Shown here piece by piece: positions 43,962-53,684 of a stretch of DNA of 64,000 bases. How positions within the stretch are numbered: position 1 is the first letter of the stretch; each line of letters opens with the position of its first letter. This DNA comes from a virus. Its lineage: Duplodnaviria > Caudoviricetes. Location of the stretch: positions 96,001 through 160,000 of IMG/VR virus record IMGVR_UViG_3300005326_000040; one strand, 5' to 3'. Below the pieces are notes generated by a model. It was given only the letters and a program-made list of their open reading frames with translations. It searched no databases and was not told where the DNA came from. The position numbers were made by a program, and so were the translations under genes.

Positions 43962-44059
43962 GTCTAGCTAAGCTAGAGTCAATTGGGATATCGGTTTTGA
44001 TTCTGTCAATTACTTTGCTTCTCATCCTGCTGGGTGCATCTTTTATTATGGCAGTATAA
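43958..44059 (+). CDS. 33-aa membrane peptide (not in ORF track)
   Basis: AAGGAG RBS; single TM. Confidence 0.5.
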   Translation: MSLAKLESIGISVLILSITLLLILLGASFIMAV

Positions 44060-44066
44060 GGTTCAA

Positions 44067-44564
44067 ATGGAAATTCAAAATATTAAGCTGTGCGATAGAC
44101 AAGTATTTATTATGAGGGGATTGAGTGGGTCAGGTAAATCCACTTTCATATCAGCGCTCAAGAAAGATTATCCTGACAAAACAATTACAATTGCAAGCGC
44201 CGATCATTTCTTTATGAAGGATGGCGTCTATAGTTTTGATGCTTCAAAGCTAGGGCAGGCTCACAAACAATCTCTAGAAGTTTTTGAAAGGGCTTTGGAG
44301 AAGAAGGTTGATATCATCTTTGTGGACAACACAAATATCAACTGGCGCGAGATGAAGCCGTACATTGAGAAGGCTAAAGCGGCTGAATATAACTGGAATA
44401 TCATTCAGGTAGAAACTCCTTTGGATGTCATCTTGGAAAGACAGAAGACAAACAAGAATGTGCCTGAGGAGAAGATAAGAGAAAAATCAATACAGATGAA
44501 GACGGCAACGTTTTCCGCTGATATTAAAAACAAAATGATTTTCATCAACGGAAACAAGACTTAG
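44067..44564 (+). CDS. AAA_33/N4BP2-like P-loop (polynucleotide) kinase
   Basis: MRGLSGSGKST, SADHFF, VDNTN. Confidence 0.85.
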   Translation: MEIQNIKLCDRQVFIMRGLSGSGKSTFISALKKDYPDKTITIASADHFFMKDGVYSFDASKLGQAHKQSLEVFERALEKKVDIIFVDNTNINWREMKPYIEKAKAAEYNWNIIQVETPLDVILERQKTNKNVPEEKIREKSIQMKTATFSADIKNKMIFINGNKT

Positions 44565-44621
44565 AAAACAACATTGAAGAGTCGATAACGCTCTTGTTCT
44601 AACAAAGAGGCAGACATTGTT

Positions 44622-44984
44622 ATGCCATCGACTTCGCGCCTCAATAAACTTCTCAAAGTAATAACAAAAGCTAGCAAGAAACGCTATCAAGCTATTGGTG
44701 AAATCTGGAATTACAAATACCAAGCAGCGTGCGGAAGCAAAGATGTAGCCCAATCGCCTAGTGTTTTGGCAAAAATTAAAGAAGCAGAAAATAGAATAGC
44801 TTTTCGTACCAAGCAGTTCAATGAGGCTTACGAAAAACTAATAAGCGCTGGTATCCCAATAGACTATATTGAGGAAAGGCTTTTCTATAACGTTTCTGAA
44901 TTTGGCGGCGGCAGACCAATTCCTAAAGATTTCTATTCTAAAGAACAAGAAGACGAGAATCAACATGACGACCAAGATGTATAA
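44622..44984 (+). CDS. hypothetical protein
   Basis: GAGG RBS. Confidence 0.7.
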   Translation: MPSTSRLNKLLKVITKASKKRYQAIGEIWNYKYQAACGSKDVAQSPSVLAKIKEAENRIAFRTKQFNEAYEKLISAGIPIDYIEERLFYNVSEFGGGRPIPKDFYSKEQEDENQHDDQDV

Positions 44985-45834
44985 CGCGCTTCGAGTTATT
45001 AAGAATTACCTTGTGGCTCACAATGCTACCGCAGCTTTCAAGCCGAAGTATACGAGCTTCCGAATGGGCTCGACGTTTGATGATAAGATTTTGCCCGAAG
45101 ACGGCGGCGAACCGTATGAGCAATTCTTTCACTATGAGCTTGAACGCGGAGAAAAGATTGAATGGGTAAAGGTTGAAACGTATGACCGTTTCCTTTTTGA
45201 TGAGCATGCTCAAGCTATCGTAAGTCTTTTGAATGCAAATGGATTCAATGCTTACTACCAGCCCGCTTGGTACTGGCAGGAAGGAAAGCAGAAGTCTGGA
45301 TGGGAACTGTATATTACGGCCATCGTTCCAAGCAAGCCGAAGCATGACGCCAGTATTTCCAGTGCTTGTGTTTTTCGGGCGCCTTGGTGCCATTCTGGTG
45401 AAAGCACTGTGGAGTGTGAGCCTGCGCGATTGATTCCTGAACTGTTCAAGATGCCGGTTGTTTGTCTTAGCTCCGACCCGCGAGCAGACTTAAATCTTTT
45501 TGACATTATGAAAGCCGGAGGAGTAAAGGGAGCGGCAGTTCAATACGAGTGGACGAGGGATGGTTTCAATGCTTACGTAAATAACAGAACCGACGCCTTT
45601 GATATCAGGAAGGCTTTTCCTGATTGCGAAGCTAAGGTAATCAAGGAAGACAACAATTACACCAGAAGAATTGAAGTGAAATTTCCTGACCCTAACAATC
45701 CTACTCCTGTTGTGTGTTCTGATGAAGAAATCGTTGCGGCAGACTTGAAGAAGGCAACGACTGAAAGCAGCACTACCACACCCAAAGCTGATGAAGGCAA
45801 TGGTGTTCCATTGACCCACAAGCTTTATGAATAA
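44965..45834 (+). CDS. hypothetical protein
   Basis: 289-aa ORF. Confidence 0.8.
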   Translation: MTTKMYNALRVIKNYLVAHNATAAFKPKYTSFRMGSTFDDKILPEDGGEPYEQFFHYELERGEKIEWVKVETYDRFLFDEHAQAIVSLLNANGFNAYYQPAWYWQEGKQKSGWELYITAIVPSKPKHDASISSACVFRAPWCHSGESTVECEPARLIPELFKMPVVCLSSDPRADLNLFDIMKAGGVKGAAVQYEWTRDGFNAYVNNRTDAFDIRKAFPDCEAKVIKEDNNYTRRIEVKFPDPNNPTPVVCSDEEIVAADLKKATTESSTTTPKADEGNGVPLTHKLYE

Positions 45835-45836
45835 AC

Positions 45837-46670
45837 ATGTTCAATCCAGCAAAAGATGTAAAAATTTACCCTGATGGGATTCTTATTAATGCTGGGTTTC
45901 CTGACTTGGAAGTGATGGATTTTCTTAAAAAGATTTTGGGTAACAATAGGTTCCCGCTGACAATTGCTGATGGACCGTATGGAAACATTGTAGAAGACAA
46001 TTACGATCGGTATCAATCGGTCGATGTTTTAGTAGCAGAAATGGTGAGAGATGTAATTGCCATTGCGGAATTCACCCATCCTGGCGGAGCGCTGTACTTC
46101 TGGGGCGGAGCAGGAAAACCTAATTTCCGTCCATTCTTTCGGTTTCAAAGCGTTGTAGAAAACGCTACGCCTTGGATAATTGCTATGCCTATTGTCTGGG
46201 CCAAGAAACGAGCTTACGGTACACAAACTAACTATCTGTATACCAGAGAGGAGCTTGCTTACTTGTGTTTGGGCGACCCAAAGAAACCCAGGCTCTTCAA
46301 TGTTCCTTACTTGGAAGAGAAGAGAGGGTATGCCGGATACAATCAACAGTACCCGGCCAAGTCAGAGTTCTTGCGGCGCACAAATGTTTGGACGGACATT
46401 ACAGAAATCTTCCGTGGCAAGCTGGTGACAGCCCAAAAGCCAGAGAAGCTATATAGAATTCCTATTGAAACTCATACGGTTCCTGGTGAGATTGTATTTG
46501 ATCCATACTGTGGCTCCGCAACGACAGGGGTTGTTTGTCGAGATACGGGTAGAAAGTTTATTCTAATTGAAAAAGACCAAGAAACTTTTGAGCTTGCTGA
46601 CAAAGTATTGCGACATCATAAGGCTGGAATGACTAGATTGAGACTTGAACATTTTAGACTAATGACGTAA
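45837..46670 (+). CDS. orphan DNA N6-adenine/N4-cytosine methyltransferase (beta class)
   Basis: IADGPYG motif IV, QKPEKL, VFDPYCGSATT motif I, FILIEKD. Confidence 0.85.
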   Translation: MFNPAKDVKIYPDGILINAGFPDLEVMDFLKKILGNNRFPLTIADGPYGNIVEDNYDRYQSVDVLVAEMVRDVIAIAEFTHPGGALYFWGGAGKPNFRPFFRFQSVVENATPWIIAMPIVWAKKRAYGTQTNYLYTREELAYLCLGDPKKPRLFNVPYLEEKRGYAGYNQQYPAKSEFLRRTNVWTDITEIFRGKLVTAQKPEKLYRIPIETHTVPGEIVFDPYCGSATTGVVCRDTGRKFILIEKDQETFELADKVLRHHKAGMTRLRLEHFRLMT

Positions 46671-46680
46671 TGGAGCCTGT

Positions 46681-47226
46681 ATGCTCGCAGATAACGCTGA
46701 ACTCATAGTTAGTACTCTTTTTGAGGTTTGGCCTTCGATGTATGTTTATGAACATGATGTATTTCAAAAGATTTTCTTTAAAGAATACACAAATTTCTCT
46801 TGGGTAGTGGAGGCTGATTCACATACATTGGTATTATTTGATGATCATATTTCGATTAAAGAAAGAAAAGATCAGGCAAAGTATTATTATGGTGTTTCAA
46901 AGAAGAAGATAACATTATGTGACCGTCGTCGCACTCGTCTTGAAGACATGAAATTCAGGGCGGAAAGATATCCAAAAGAAGAGTTTTTTCTTACGGAAGA
47001 CAATGAAGTTGGTATATATATTGACCCTGGTCCCGGCTCTAATATCTCAAAGGTTCCGCTTAATGTAAGGGCCGATTGGTTAATCGTAGCTAAAAGAGCA
47101 CTAGACTTTACTAGCTCAAAGCAATGCAGAGTTAAAACTGGTCGTGGAACAACCTGGTTATTGCGCGCTAAAGAGAAAATCCTAGCCGCAGCACAAAAAA
47201 AAGGTCTTGCGTGGGAAAATACATAG
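46681..47226 (+). CDS. hypothetical protein
   Basis: GGAG RBS. Confidence 0.75.
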   Translation: MLADNAELIVSTLFEVWPSMYVYEHDVFQKIFFKEYTNFSWVVEADSHTLVLFDDHISIKERKDQAKYYYGVSKKKITLCDRRRTRLEDMKFRAERYPKEEFFLTEDNEVGIYIDPGPGSNISKVPLNVRADWLIVAKRALDFTSSKQCRVKTGRGTTWLLRAKEKILAAAQKKGLAWENT

Positions 47227-47522
47227 TTTTGAGTATTGCTTTCCTCTTAGCTGTAGTCTTGTGGATTAGTGCTGTCTTAGTTTATGCTAAACAGGACCAA
47301 CGAGAAGCCACCATTCGAGAAGATGAAATGACTGTTCAGCTTCGTGAGCTTGGGTTCAATCTCACGGCGCCACCAATTGAAACAAATGACAAATGGTACG
47401 GCGTTTATTACGTGCAAGATAAATACAAGAATTGTTTTGTGGTTCTATCTAGCTGGGCGGGCGCAAGAAAGAGAGTCGTATCTTTAACCCGCGTTGCTTG
47501 TGAAGAAAAGAAGAACGAATGA
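47211..47522 (+). CDS. membrane-anchored protein, paralogue of 47519
   Basis: TM + L.ELG...APP...W...YV.D..N.F.VL. Confidence 0.7.
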   Translation: MGKYIVLSIAFLLAVVLWISAVLVYAKQDQREATIREDEMTVQLRELGFNLTAPPIETNDKWYGVYYVQDKYKNCFVVLSSWAGARKRVVSLTRVACEEKKNE

Positions 47523-47800
47523 ACACCGCCGATATGATTGTTATAGCAGCAATTACTGTGGTCGCTTTGTTAGTAAGCGTCGGTTTTATTATCTGGATGG
47601 TGGTTGCGGGTAAGAAAGAAAACCATTACGATTGGACAGACAAACTTGAAGAGCTTGGGTTGAGACGAATTGCTCCGCCCAAGAAAGACAAAAACAACTG
47701 GATGGTAATCCATTACGTTGAGGATGACCATAACAATCGTTTCATGGTGTTGTGTAATCCATATAGGATTATTTCAATCGCTCGCGTCGAGGAAACATAG
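47519..47800 (+). CDS. membrane-anchored protein, paralogue of 47211
   Basis: same motif; ATGA overlap. Confidence 0.75.
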   Translation: MNTADMIVIAAITVVALLVSVGFIIWMVVAGKKENHYDWTDKLEELGLRRIAPPKKDKNNWMVIHYVEDDHNNRFMVLCNPYRIISIARVEET

Positions 47801-47831
47801 AGCATTTTAATTAGCAAAGGAAATTATTACA

Positions 47832-48578
47832 ATGAATTGTCGTACTATTTGTATTGGGGATGTTCATGCTTGTCGAGATGAACTGGCAGACCTCCTAGAT
47901 AAGCTTCAGATTACCAGCAGTGATAGTATTTATTTCGTAGGTGACCTTAGCGATAAAGGGCCGAATCTAAAGGGCTGTTTGGATATTGTCCTTTCTTTGC
48001 CTAATGCTTGCTCTTGCAGAGGGAACCACGATGATAAGTTTAGAAGGTTCCAGTATCATGAGACTAGGAGAAAGCAAAAAGGCATTGCTAATCCAATGAC
48101 ATCTGTCTGTCCGGAAGATGTTGAACAGTACAACCAATTGGATGAGGTTCAATCTGCTTGGCTTGCTAATCTTCCGGTTAGTATAGATATTCCTAAACAT
48201 AACGCCATTGTTGTTCACGGGGGTTTGCTTCCGGGGAAATCAATCAAGACTCAAATTAACAAACATGCTGGAGAAGTTATGCGGCTTCGGTATGTTAATG
48301 AGGATGGCGACTTCGTTGGCTTAATGAACGGCCCTGATCAACCCGCTAACACTTTGCTATGGAGCGAAGTTTATGATGGGCCATGCAATGTAATCTATGG
48401 TCATATCTCTCACAGCTTAGAACAGCCTCGTATCGATAAGAGAGCGGACGGTATTGAATGTATTGGTTTGGATACAGGTTGTGTGACTGGTGGCCGTCTT
48501 ACAGCTTACATTCTAGAAACCAAAGAGATTGTCCAAGTTCAAGCAAGAAAGAAGTATGCGGAACCATGGAAGCTCTAA
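47832..48578 (+). CDS. calcineurin-like metallophosphoesterase (PrpE/ApaH/Pnkp-phosphatase-like)
   Basis: IGDVH, VGDLSDKGP, RGNHD, VHGG, YGH, LDTGC. Confidence 0.9.
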   Translation: MNCRTICIGDVHACRDELADLLDKLQITSSDSIYFVGDLSDKGPNLKGCLDIVLSLPNACSCRGNHDDKFRRFQYHETRRKQKGIANPMTSVCPEDVEQYNQLDEVQSAWLANLPVSIDIPKHNAIVVHGGLLPGKSIKTQINKHAGEVMRLRYVNEDGDFVGLMNGPDQPANTLLWSEVYDGPCNVIYGHISHSLEQPRIDKRADGIECIGLDTGCVTGGRLTAYILETKEIVQVQARKKYAEPWKL

Positions 48579-48590
48579 TGAGGAGAAATC

Positions 48591-48878
48591 ATGATTCTTA
48601 ATGTAATTCAGTTTGCAGCAATTTCTGTTTTCTTATTTGTGATTGTAACGGGCGCGATTTTGTCGTATCATTATCGTCAACATCGTCGCCGTATTTTGCA
48701 AGAGGAAGCTGAAATTGAAAAGCAGCATCAAGAGAAGCTGGCTGAGATCGAACGGATACGCCAAGAAGGGATAACGCTTGAGCAGGACTTTGCACAAAAC
48801 GTTATCAATGAAGATGAGTACGTAGGGCGCATGAATAAGCTCTTTAATCGTGCGCTCGATAGTAGCGCGCGGAATTAA
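48591..48878 (+). CDS. membrane-anchored coiled-coil protein
   Basis: AGGAGA RBS; TM helix. Confidence 0.75.
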   Translation: MILNVIQFAAISVFLFVIVTGAILSYHYRQHRRRILQEEAEIEKQHQEKLAEIERIRQEGITLEQDFAQNVINEDEYVGRMNKLFNRALDSSARN

Positions 48879-49020
48879 TTCCATCGGTGGTTAGAAGGCG
48901 CAAGCCTTCAACTTACTTCCTCACACATTGTAGCTTCTGTAAAGAGCGGACCTTTCGCTCACCCATTAAATTTCGCTTTCTTGTCTTTTGAAAAAGACAC
49001 GCGATTTCGTTCAGTTACAC
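48879..49020. other. hairpin-rich intergenic region
   Basis: GAAGGC-GCAA-GCCTTC, GAGCG/CGCTC, TGTCTTT/AAAGACA. Confidence 0.4.
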
Positions 49021-49127
49021 TAAATCGTCAGGTACCCAATAGATTTTCATTTGACAGCTGTGGTTATTCGTTTTAGATCATTATTCACCGCAGTGAACAA
49101 CACGTTAGACCTCGGAGAACACACATC

Positions 49128-49955
49128 ATGGCTACTACTCAGAACGCTCAGCCCACCGGAAACATCGTTGAAATCGCCGCGCAGTTCGTTGCATCCAGCA
49201 AGACTCTCCTCGACGCTAGGAGCCGCCTTCGTGCGCATTTCCCGAACCTGGATGATGTCAGGCTCGCGGAAATCGCAAAGGTCTTGGCAGACAGTGAAGC
49301 AACGCCTCAGGCTGTTCCGCCCGCTCAGCCTGTTGCAGTCGCTCCGACCGCTGCGTCCGCAACCCCCAAGCAGAAGGGTGAACGCACTCGTCCCCGCACG
49401 CTCATGGTGAAGTTGCCTGACGGCAAGGAAATTACGATGGCTAAGGCTGTCCAGAAGATTCTGGGCAAGAAGGCGATGACCGTCCCTGAAATCGAAAAGC
49501 ATTTCGAAGAGAAGGGATGGGTGACCAATTCGCACGCTGATGCCAAGGTTCAGCATTCGATCTATGTTACCTTGAACGGAAAGACCGGGCTGTTCCAGAA
49601 GCTCCCCGGAGAGAATCAGAAGAAGACGACTTACAAGAACATTGCTGCCGACGCAAATGGAGAAGCGGCGAGGCCGGAGAAGCCCAGCAAGGCAAGCAAG
49701 AAGGTTCAGGTACAGGTGACTCAGGCTGAAGGTCGTGCTCCTTCCCCTGATAAGATGTTCGAAGTTATTTCGTCCAAGTTTGGACTGAATGAGAAGTTCT
49801 TCCTGCGTGATGTTGCTTCGGTGCTTGGCGTACCTGCCAAGGTTCTTTCTGTGAACATGCAGAACCTCCAGGCCGCAGGCAAGGTGAAGGTTGTTGCAAC
49901 CGCTAAACCTGAGGGAGCGTCTGTTCCGGCGAAGCTTTATGCCCGCGTGCAGTAA
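49128..49955 (+). CDS. DNA-binding protein with HARE-HTH-like and second winged-helix domain
   Basis: TMAKAVQKIL..AMTVPEI...F.K...; FFLRDVASVLGV...LQAAGKV; GGAGA RBS. Confidence 0.6.
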   Translation: MATTQNAQPTGNIVEIAAQFVASSKTLLDARSRLRAHFPNLDDVRLAEIAKVLADSEATPQAVPPAQPVAVAPTAASATPKQKGERTRPRTLMVKLPDGKEITMAKAVQKILGKKAMTVPEIEKHFEEKGWVTNSHADAKVQHSIYVTLNGKTGLFQKLPGENQKKTTYKNIAADANGEAARPEKPSKASKKVQVQVTQAEGRAPSPDKMFEVISSKFGLNEKFFLRDVASVLGVPAKVLSVNMQNLQAAGKVKVVATAKPEGASVPAKLYARVQ

Positions 49956-49982
49956 CAATTTGAAATAGTTTTGATAAAACAA

Positions 49983-50010
49983 TTGACTGCAAATCTAGTT
50001 CGGAGATAAT
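49983..50010 (+). promoter_or_regulatory. sigma70-like promoter
   Basis: TTGACT-16nt-GATAAT. Confidence 0.45.
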
Positions 50011-50016
50011 CAACAC

Positions 50017-51024
50017 ATGGCTTCTAAAGAAGATGCAAACACGGCAAGCTCCAAAGAACAACTCTTGGATAACATCGCTGGTGTTTTTGCGATGATTGAC
50101 CCTCAGAAGACTGCTGCACCCAAGCCTGGGAAGACTTCAGCAGCCGCAATCGCAACGGCTTCGGTTGCAACTCCGCCGCCTATTCCGGATGTTGCACCGG
50201 CCATCCCTACGTTGGATGCTGCTGCTGCTGATGAGGATACCGATGAAGGCGATGATGATGACGCGGACATCCAAGCTGGTGCTATTGATGATATTGATGA
50301 CGGCGATATGGATGATGATGAGAAAGAGGAAGCGGTTGAATATCCGGAAGGAACTCCGGATATTGTCGCCAACGTTCTCAATACCATCCAGAGCGCCAAG
50401 AAGGCTGCCAGCCAGCTTTTGAAGGAAGCCAAGGACCATCCGGAAGTCAAGGCATGGGCTGAGAGGCCCGGAAACAAGGGTAGGGTGAAGGCTGTTCTTC
50501 AGAAGTACGCAGACGTGAAGAAGATCCTTCGGAAGCATTATCATATCAAGCCCGGTGGTGTTCGGCCGACGACAACGCCTTCTGCTGAAACGGCCGCAAA
50601 GAACATCGCTATCGCGTCTGATGTCATGGATGCCGTTACTTCTTCTCCGGTGGAAGCGCAGCCTACTGCGCTCAATCCGGACACAGAAGAGTCCGGCAAT
50701 GCTATCCTCGCAGCCATGACTCCTGGTACTACACCTAAGGCCCGCATCACGAACAAGAAGACCGGCGAAGTCTTCATGATGTGGTCCGACTTTCTCGCTA
50801 TCAAGGTCAAGGACTATGAGCTTCGCTTCCGCAAGTTCACTGCGGGAGAATCGAGTAAGCTTGGAGCCAGCAAGAGTCCGTCAGCTTACTTGATGAAGGA
50901 AGACAGGGTGCTTGCGGCCCTGAGTCCGGAAGAGTTCATTGTCGTTGTCAACATGGTCGGCAGGCTTACCCAGCAGGGTTCCCTCAAGGATATCCTGTCT
51001 GCGCTCGTAGCTCTCGCCAAGTAA
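50017..51024 (+). CDS. Ala-rich protein with long acidic patch
   Basis: 335-aa ORF; DEDTDEGDDDD...DDDEKEE. Confidence 0.9.
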   Translation: MASKEDANTASSKEQLLDNIAGVFAMIDPQKTAAPKPGKTSAAAIATASVATPPPIPDVAPAIPTLDAAAADEDTDEGDDDDADIQAGAIDDIDDGDMDDDEKEEAVEYPEGTPDIVANVLNTIQSAKKAASQLLKEAKDHPEVKAWAERPGNKGRVKAVLQKYADVKKILRKHYHIKPGGVRPTTTPSAETAAKNIAIASDVMDAVTSSPVEAQPTALNPDTEESGNAILAAMTPGTTPKARITNKKTGEVFMMWSDFLAIKVKDYELRFRKFTAGESSKLGASKSPSAYLMKEDRVLAALSPEEFIVVVNMVGRLTQQGSLKDILSALVALAK

Positions 51025-51048
51025 CAATTCCAACCAGACAAGAAATGC

Positions 51049-51088
51049 AAAAGGCGAGGGGCTTCGGCCCTTCGTCTTTTGTGTTTCA
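51049..51088 (+). terminator. intrinsic terminator with cUUCGg loop
   Basis: AAAAGGCGAGGGGC-TTCG-GCCCTTCGTCTTTT then GTGTTT. Confidence 0.85.
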
Positions 51089-51112
51089 CCCCTCCAAAGA
51101 TAGACGCTTAAA

Positions 51113-51397
51113 ATGCCCATAAATAAAGTTAAAGCAATTGTGGAGATTGAAGACTTTGAGGACGGGCGAATAATTGTCACCTTACGTCATCCAAAACATG
51201 GTGGGCAATGGTTGAAGATGCAAATTGCAAATGGCGGCAGCGTTGTAACTCGCGCTGTAGAAGCTGTTTATGGTTCTGAGCAAGCTGGTGATGCAGACGC
51301 TTTTTTGAAAGCATATGGAATGTCGGATGCAGAAGCTTTCAACGCTGAAACGTGGACAAGAAAGAAATCTTTTAGCTTACCAAGGCAAAAGAAATGA
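51113..51397 (+). CDS. hypothetical protein
   Basis: ORF in run. Confidence 0.7.
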   Translation: MPINKVKAIVEIEDFEDGRIIVTLRHPKHGGQWLKMQIANGGSVVTRAVEAVYGSEQAGDADAFLKAYGMSDAEAFNAETWTRKKSFSLPRQKK

Positions 51398-51666
51398 AGC
51401 CTAAAAAACTTTCAGACCGGCGCATGTATACAGTGTTGACTCGATTGTTTCGTCGAGTAGCTTCCATAGATCCCGGAACATCGCAGATGGTAGTTATATC
51501 GACCTTAGATACTTGCCGTGATCATTATCCTCAGGCGAAAGAGCTTTCTCGTTTCGGTCTTATTTGTGAGATTGGCTTTGGTTATTTTAAAGGTGTTGAT
51601 GAGCCTGAGGTAAAAGCTCACGTAGAAAAACTTATAAAAGATTTTGAAAAAGAAAACAATATTTGA
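51394..51666 (+). CDS. hypothetical protein
   Basis: ATGA overlap. Confidence 0.7.
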   Translation: MKPKKLSDRRMYTVLTRLFRRVASIDPGTSQMVVISTLDTCRDHYPQAKELSRFGLICEIGFGYFKGVDEPEVKAHVEKLIKDFEKENNI

Positions 51667-51690
51667 CATCTAATTTTTTTCATCTATGGT
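51663..51690 (+). promoter_or_regulatory. sigma70-like promoter
   Basis: TTGACA-16nt-TATGGT. Confidence 0.5.
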
Positions 51691-51696
51691 GGCGGT

Positions 51697-51960
51697 ATGA
51701 AAATCAGAGAAGATAACTTTACCGTTCCGCCATTTTCCATTGACGTTGTTTGTGGAGAATGTCTATCTAAACTTACTCTTGATTCTGTTGATGATTTGTG
51801 TGCTGGCGAAGCACAAGAATCTGACTGTCGTGAAACGTATGCTGTAGTGCGATTGTATTTTACATGTCCATTGTGCTGTCATTATGATAAGCTTTCCGAG
51901 CACGAGGAAAAGCAGCTTCCTATGGCCGTTAAGAAAGCAATAACGCGAAGGAGATCTTAA
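51697..51960 (+). CDS. zinc-ribbon protein (CGEC..CPLC)
   Basis: two CxxC. Confidence 0.7.
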   Translation: MKIREDNFTVPPFSIDVVCGECLSKLTLDSVDDLCAGEAQESDCRETYAVVRLYFTCPLCCHYDKLSEHEEKQLPMAVKKAITRRRS

Positions 51961-51966
51961 AAGACA

Positions 51967-52107
51967 ATGGCAAAGATAATTGAATCAAAGCCAGCTTTTA
52001 TATTTCTTATTGGCTTGGCTTTAGGCTTTGCAATTAATCATGCTATACTTTATAAATACTATTCCAATTTGACTGAACAGTCGTTGAATACGTCTTGTCA
52101 AAAATAG
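51967..52107 (+). CDS. small membrane protein (46 aa, not in ORF track)
   Basis: hydrophobic ORF after AGGAG. Confidence 0.45.
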   Translation: MAKIIESKPAFIFLIGLALGFAINHAILYKYYSNLTEQSLNTSCQK

Positions 52108-52118
52108 GAAAACAAACA

Positions 52119-52847
52119 ATGTCTTCTACCACTGCTGCAACTGCTGTTGTTTCTAATCCTTCTGCTGCTCCCGCTAACAGCAATGTGTACTTCAAAATTG
52201 ACTCGGGCGAAGGTGACTGTCATGAAATGGATGAGAATATTTATTATCCTGATTTGACTTTGGGGGCAGACGCTCATTTTGAACAAAATCATTTTAGTGA
52301 TATTGATAAAGCAGTATATCCCCCCGAAGATATTAGGTCATTTAAATTCCACACACAACAAGAGGCCATTGATGCCTTGCTTGAAGTCTTGAATTCAAAT
52401 TTGAAGGAAGCTTTGCTTGTGGCTTATTGTGGCAAGGATGCGGACGAAAAGGTCGAGCGAAATTGGAGCGGAGATCGTAAGATTCGGTTGTCGCGGCCTG
52501 ATGTTTCACGAGCGGCAATTACTGTGCATGAATGCGAAGACGACGACAATTTTAATGAAGACGGTATGTATGTTCGTGTGTCGGCTCCTATTGTTGAATG
52601 CGAAGCAACAACAAAAAAGGAAAAGGTTGTTATTTTTGTTGAGGGGAAAGAGTATTCTCGAATGGAAGAAAGAATTACTAGAACGCCATGGACAGATAAG
52701 GGAGAGGAGGTTGTAAAGAGAATTGACATCCTTCAATTCAAAGAAGAACCTTGGGCTACTCCTGAAACTAAGTTTTCTAATTTTGTAAAGACAGAGAAGC
52801 CTAAGAAGGAAAAGAAGGAAAAGAAGACGAGCAAGAAGAGGAGATAA
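52119..52847 (+). CDS. acidic hypothetical protein with basic tail
   Basis: AGGA RBS. Confidence 0.85.
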   Translation: MSSTTAATAVVSNPSAAPANSNVYFKIDSGEGDCHEMDENIYYPDLTLGADAHFEQNHFSDIDKAVYPPEDIRSFKFHTQQEAIDALLEVLNSNLKEALLVAYCGKDADEKVERNWSGDRKIRLSRPDVSRAAITVHECEDDDNFNEDGMYVRVSAPIVECEATTKKEKVVIFVEGKEYSRMEERITRTPWTDKGEEVVKRIDILQFKEEPWATPETKFSNFVKTEKPKKEKKEKKTSKKRR

Positions 52848-52849
52848 AC

Positions 52850-53680
52850 ATGAGAGATAAAGACGACACATTTGGCGCGCGTATGAAGCAATACGAAGCG
52901 CTTACTGACGCTCAACTGATGCGTCGCTTGCCCGTAATTGTTCGTTGCGATGGAAAAGGTTTTCATCAGGTAACAAAAAATCTCCCGAAGCCTTGTTATG
53001 ATTTTGCTTATGTGATGGCTTCGGCCATGGTAACGGTGGCAAAAGGTGCCGAAGGTTGCGTGTTTGGATATACGCAATCAGACGAAGTTACCTTTGTGTT
53101 GAAGAATGATCAATCAATTATGTCGCAACCGTTGTTTGACAACCGAGTGCAGAAGCTTTGTTCTACTTTTGCTTCGGCGATGACATACTGGTTCAATAGA
53201 TTTTGGTGCAACACATCTGAATGTGTGCTTATTGGTGACTATGAAGTGGCAAAGAAGACTGATTTGCCGCCAGCAACTTTTGATGCCAGAGTATATACGG
53301 TTCCCAACATCGTAGAGTTGATGAATGTTATTTGGTGGCGGCAAAAAGACTGCACAAGAAATGCGGTTTCTCTTGTGGCTTATGCTGAGTTTGGGCGCAA
53401 GTATGGCAAAAAGACAGCGCAAACAGAACTCTACAAAAAGAAGACTAATCAAAAACTTGAGTTGCTGTTTCAAGAATTCGGGATTGATTTCTACACGGAT
53501 TATCCAAAGCATTTCCAACGAGGATATGCTTGTTACAAGAAGGACAAAGAAGTAAACGGAACCATGCGATCTCGGTGGACCCTTGATGGTAATCTTCCTT
53601 TGATTGGAAAAGAGCCTGATATTTTGCTTGATGCTTACGAACCATTTGATGAGGAAGATAAAAAGCAAAGCGAGCAATAA
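52850..53680 (+). CDS. thg1: tRNA(His) guanylyltransferase / Thg1-like 3'-5' polymerase
   Basis: RMKQYE, IVRCDGKGFH, YTQSDE, RVQKL.S..AS, FDARV, WRQKDC.RN. Confidence 0.92.
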   Translation: MRDKDDTFGARMKQYEALTDAQLMRRLPVIVRCDGKGFHQVTKNLPKPCYDFAYVMASAMVTVAKGAEGCVFGYTQSDEVTFVLKNDQSIMSQPLFDNRVQKLCSTFASAMTYWFNRFWCNTSECVLIGDYEVAKKTDLPPATFDARVYTVPNIVELMNVIWWRQKDCTRNAVSLVAYAEFGRKYGKKTAQTELYKKKTNQKLELLFQEFGIDFYTDYPKHFQRGYACYKKDKEVNGTMRSRWTLDGNLPLIGKEPDILLDAYEPFDEEDKKQSEQ

Positions 53681-53684
53681 CTTT

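Noticed and set aside
47348-47368. GGGTTCAATC as a further tRNA T loop
   Set aside because: It lies inside a CDS, the T stem does not pair, and there is no acceptor stem
49051-49079. TTGACA promoter upstream of 49128
   Set aside because: The -10 box is poor (TAGATC or TTAGAT), so it is not listed as a feature although it remains possible
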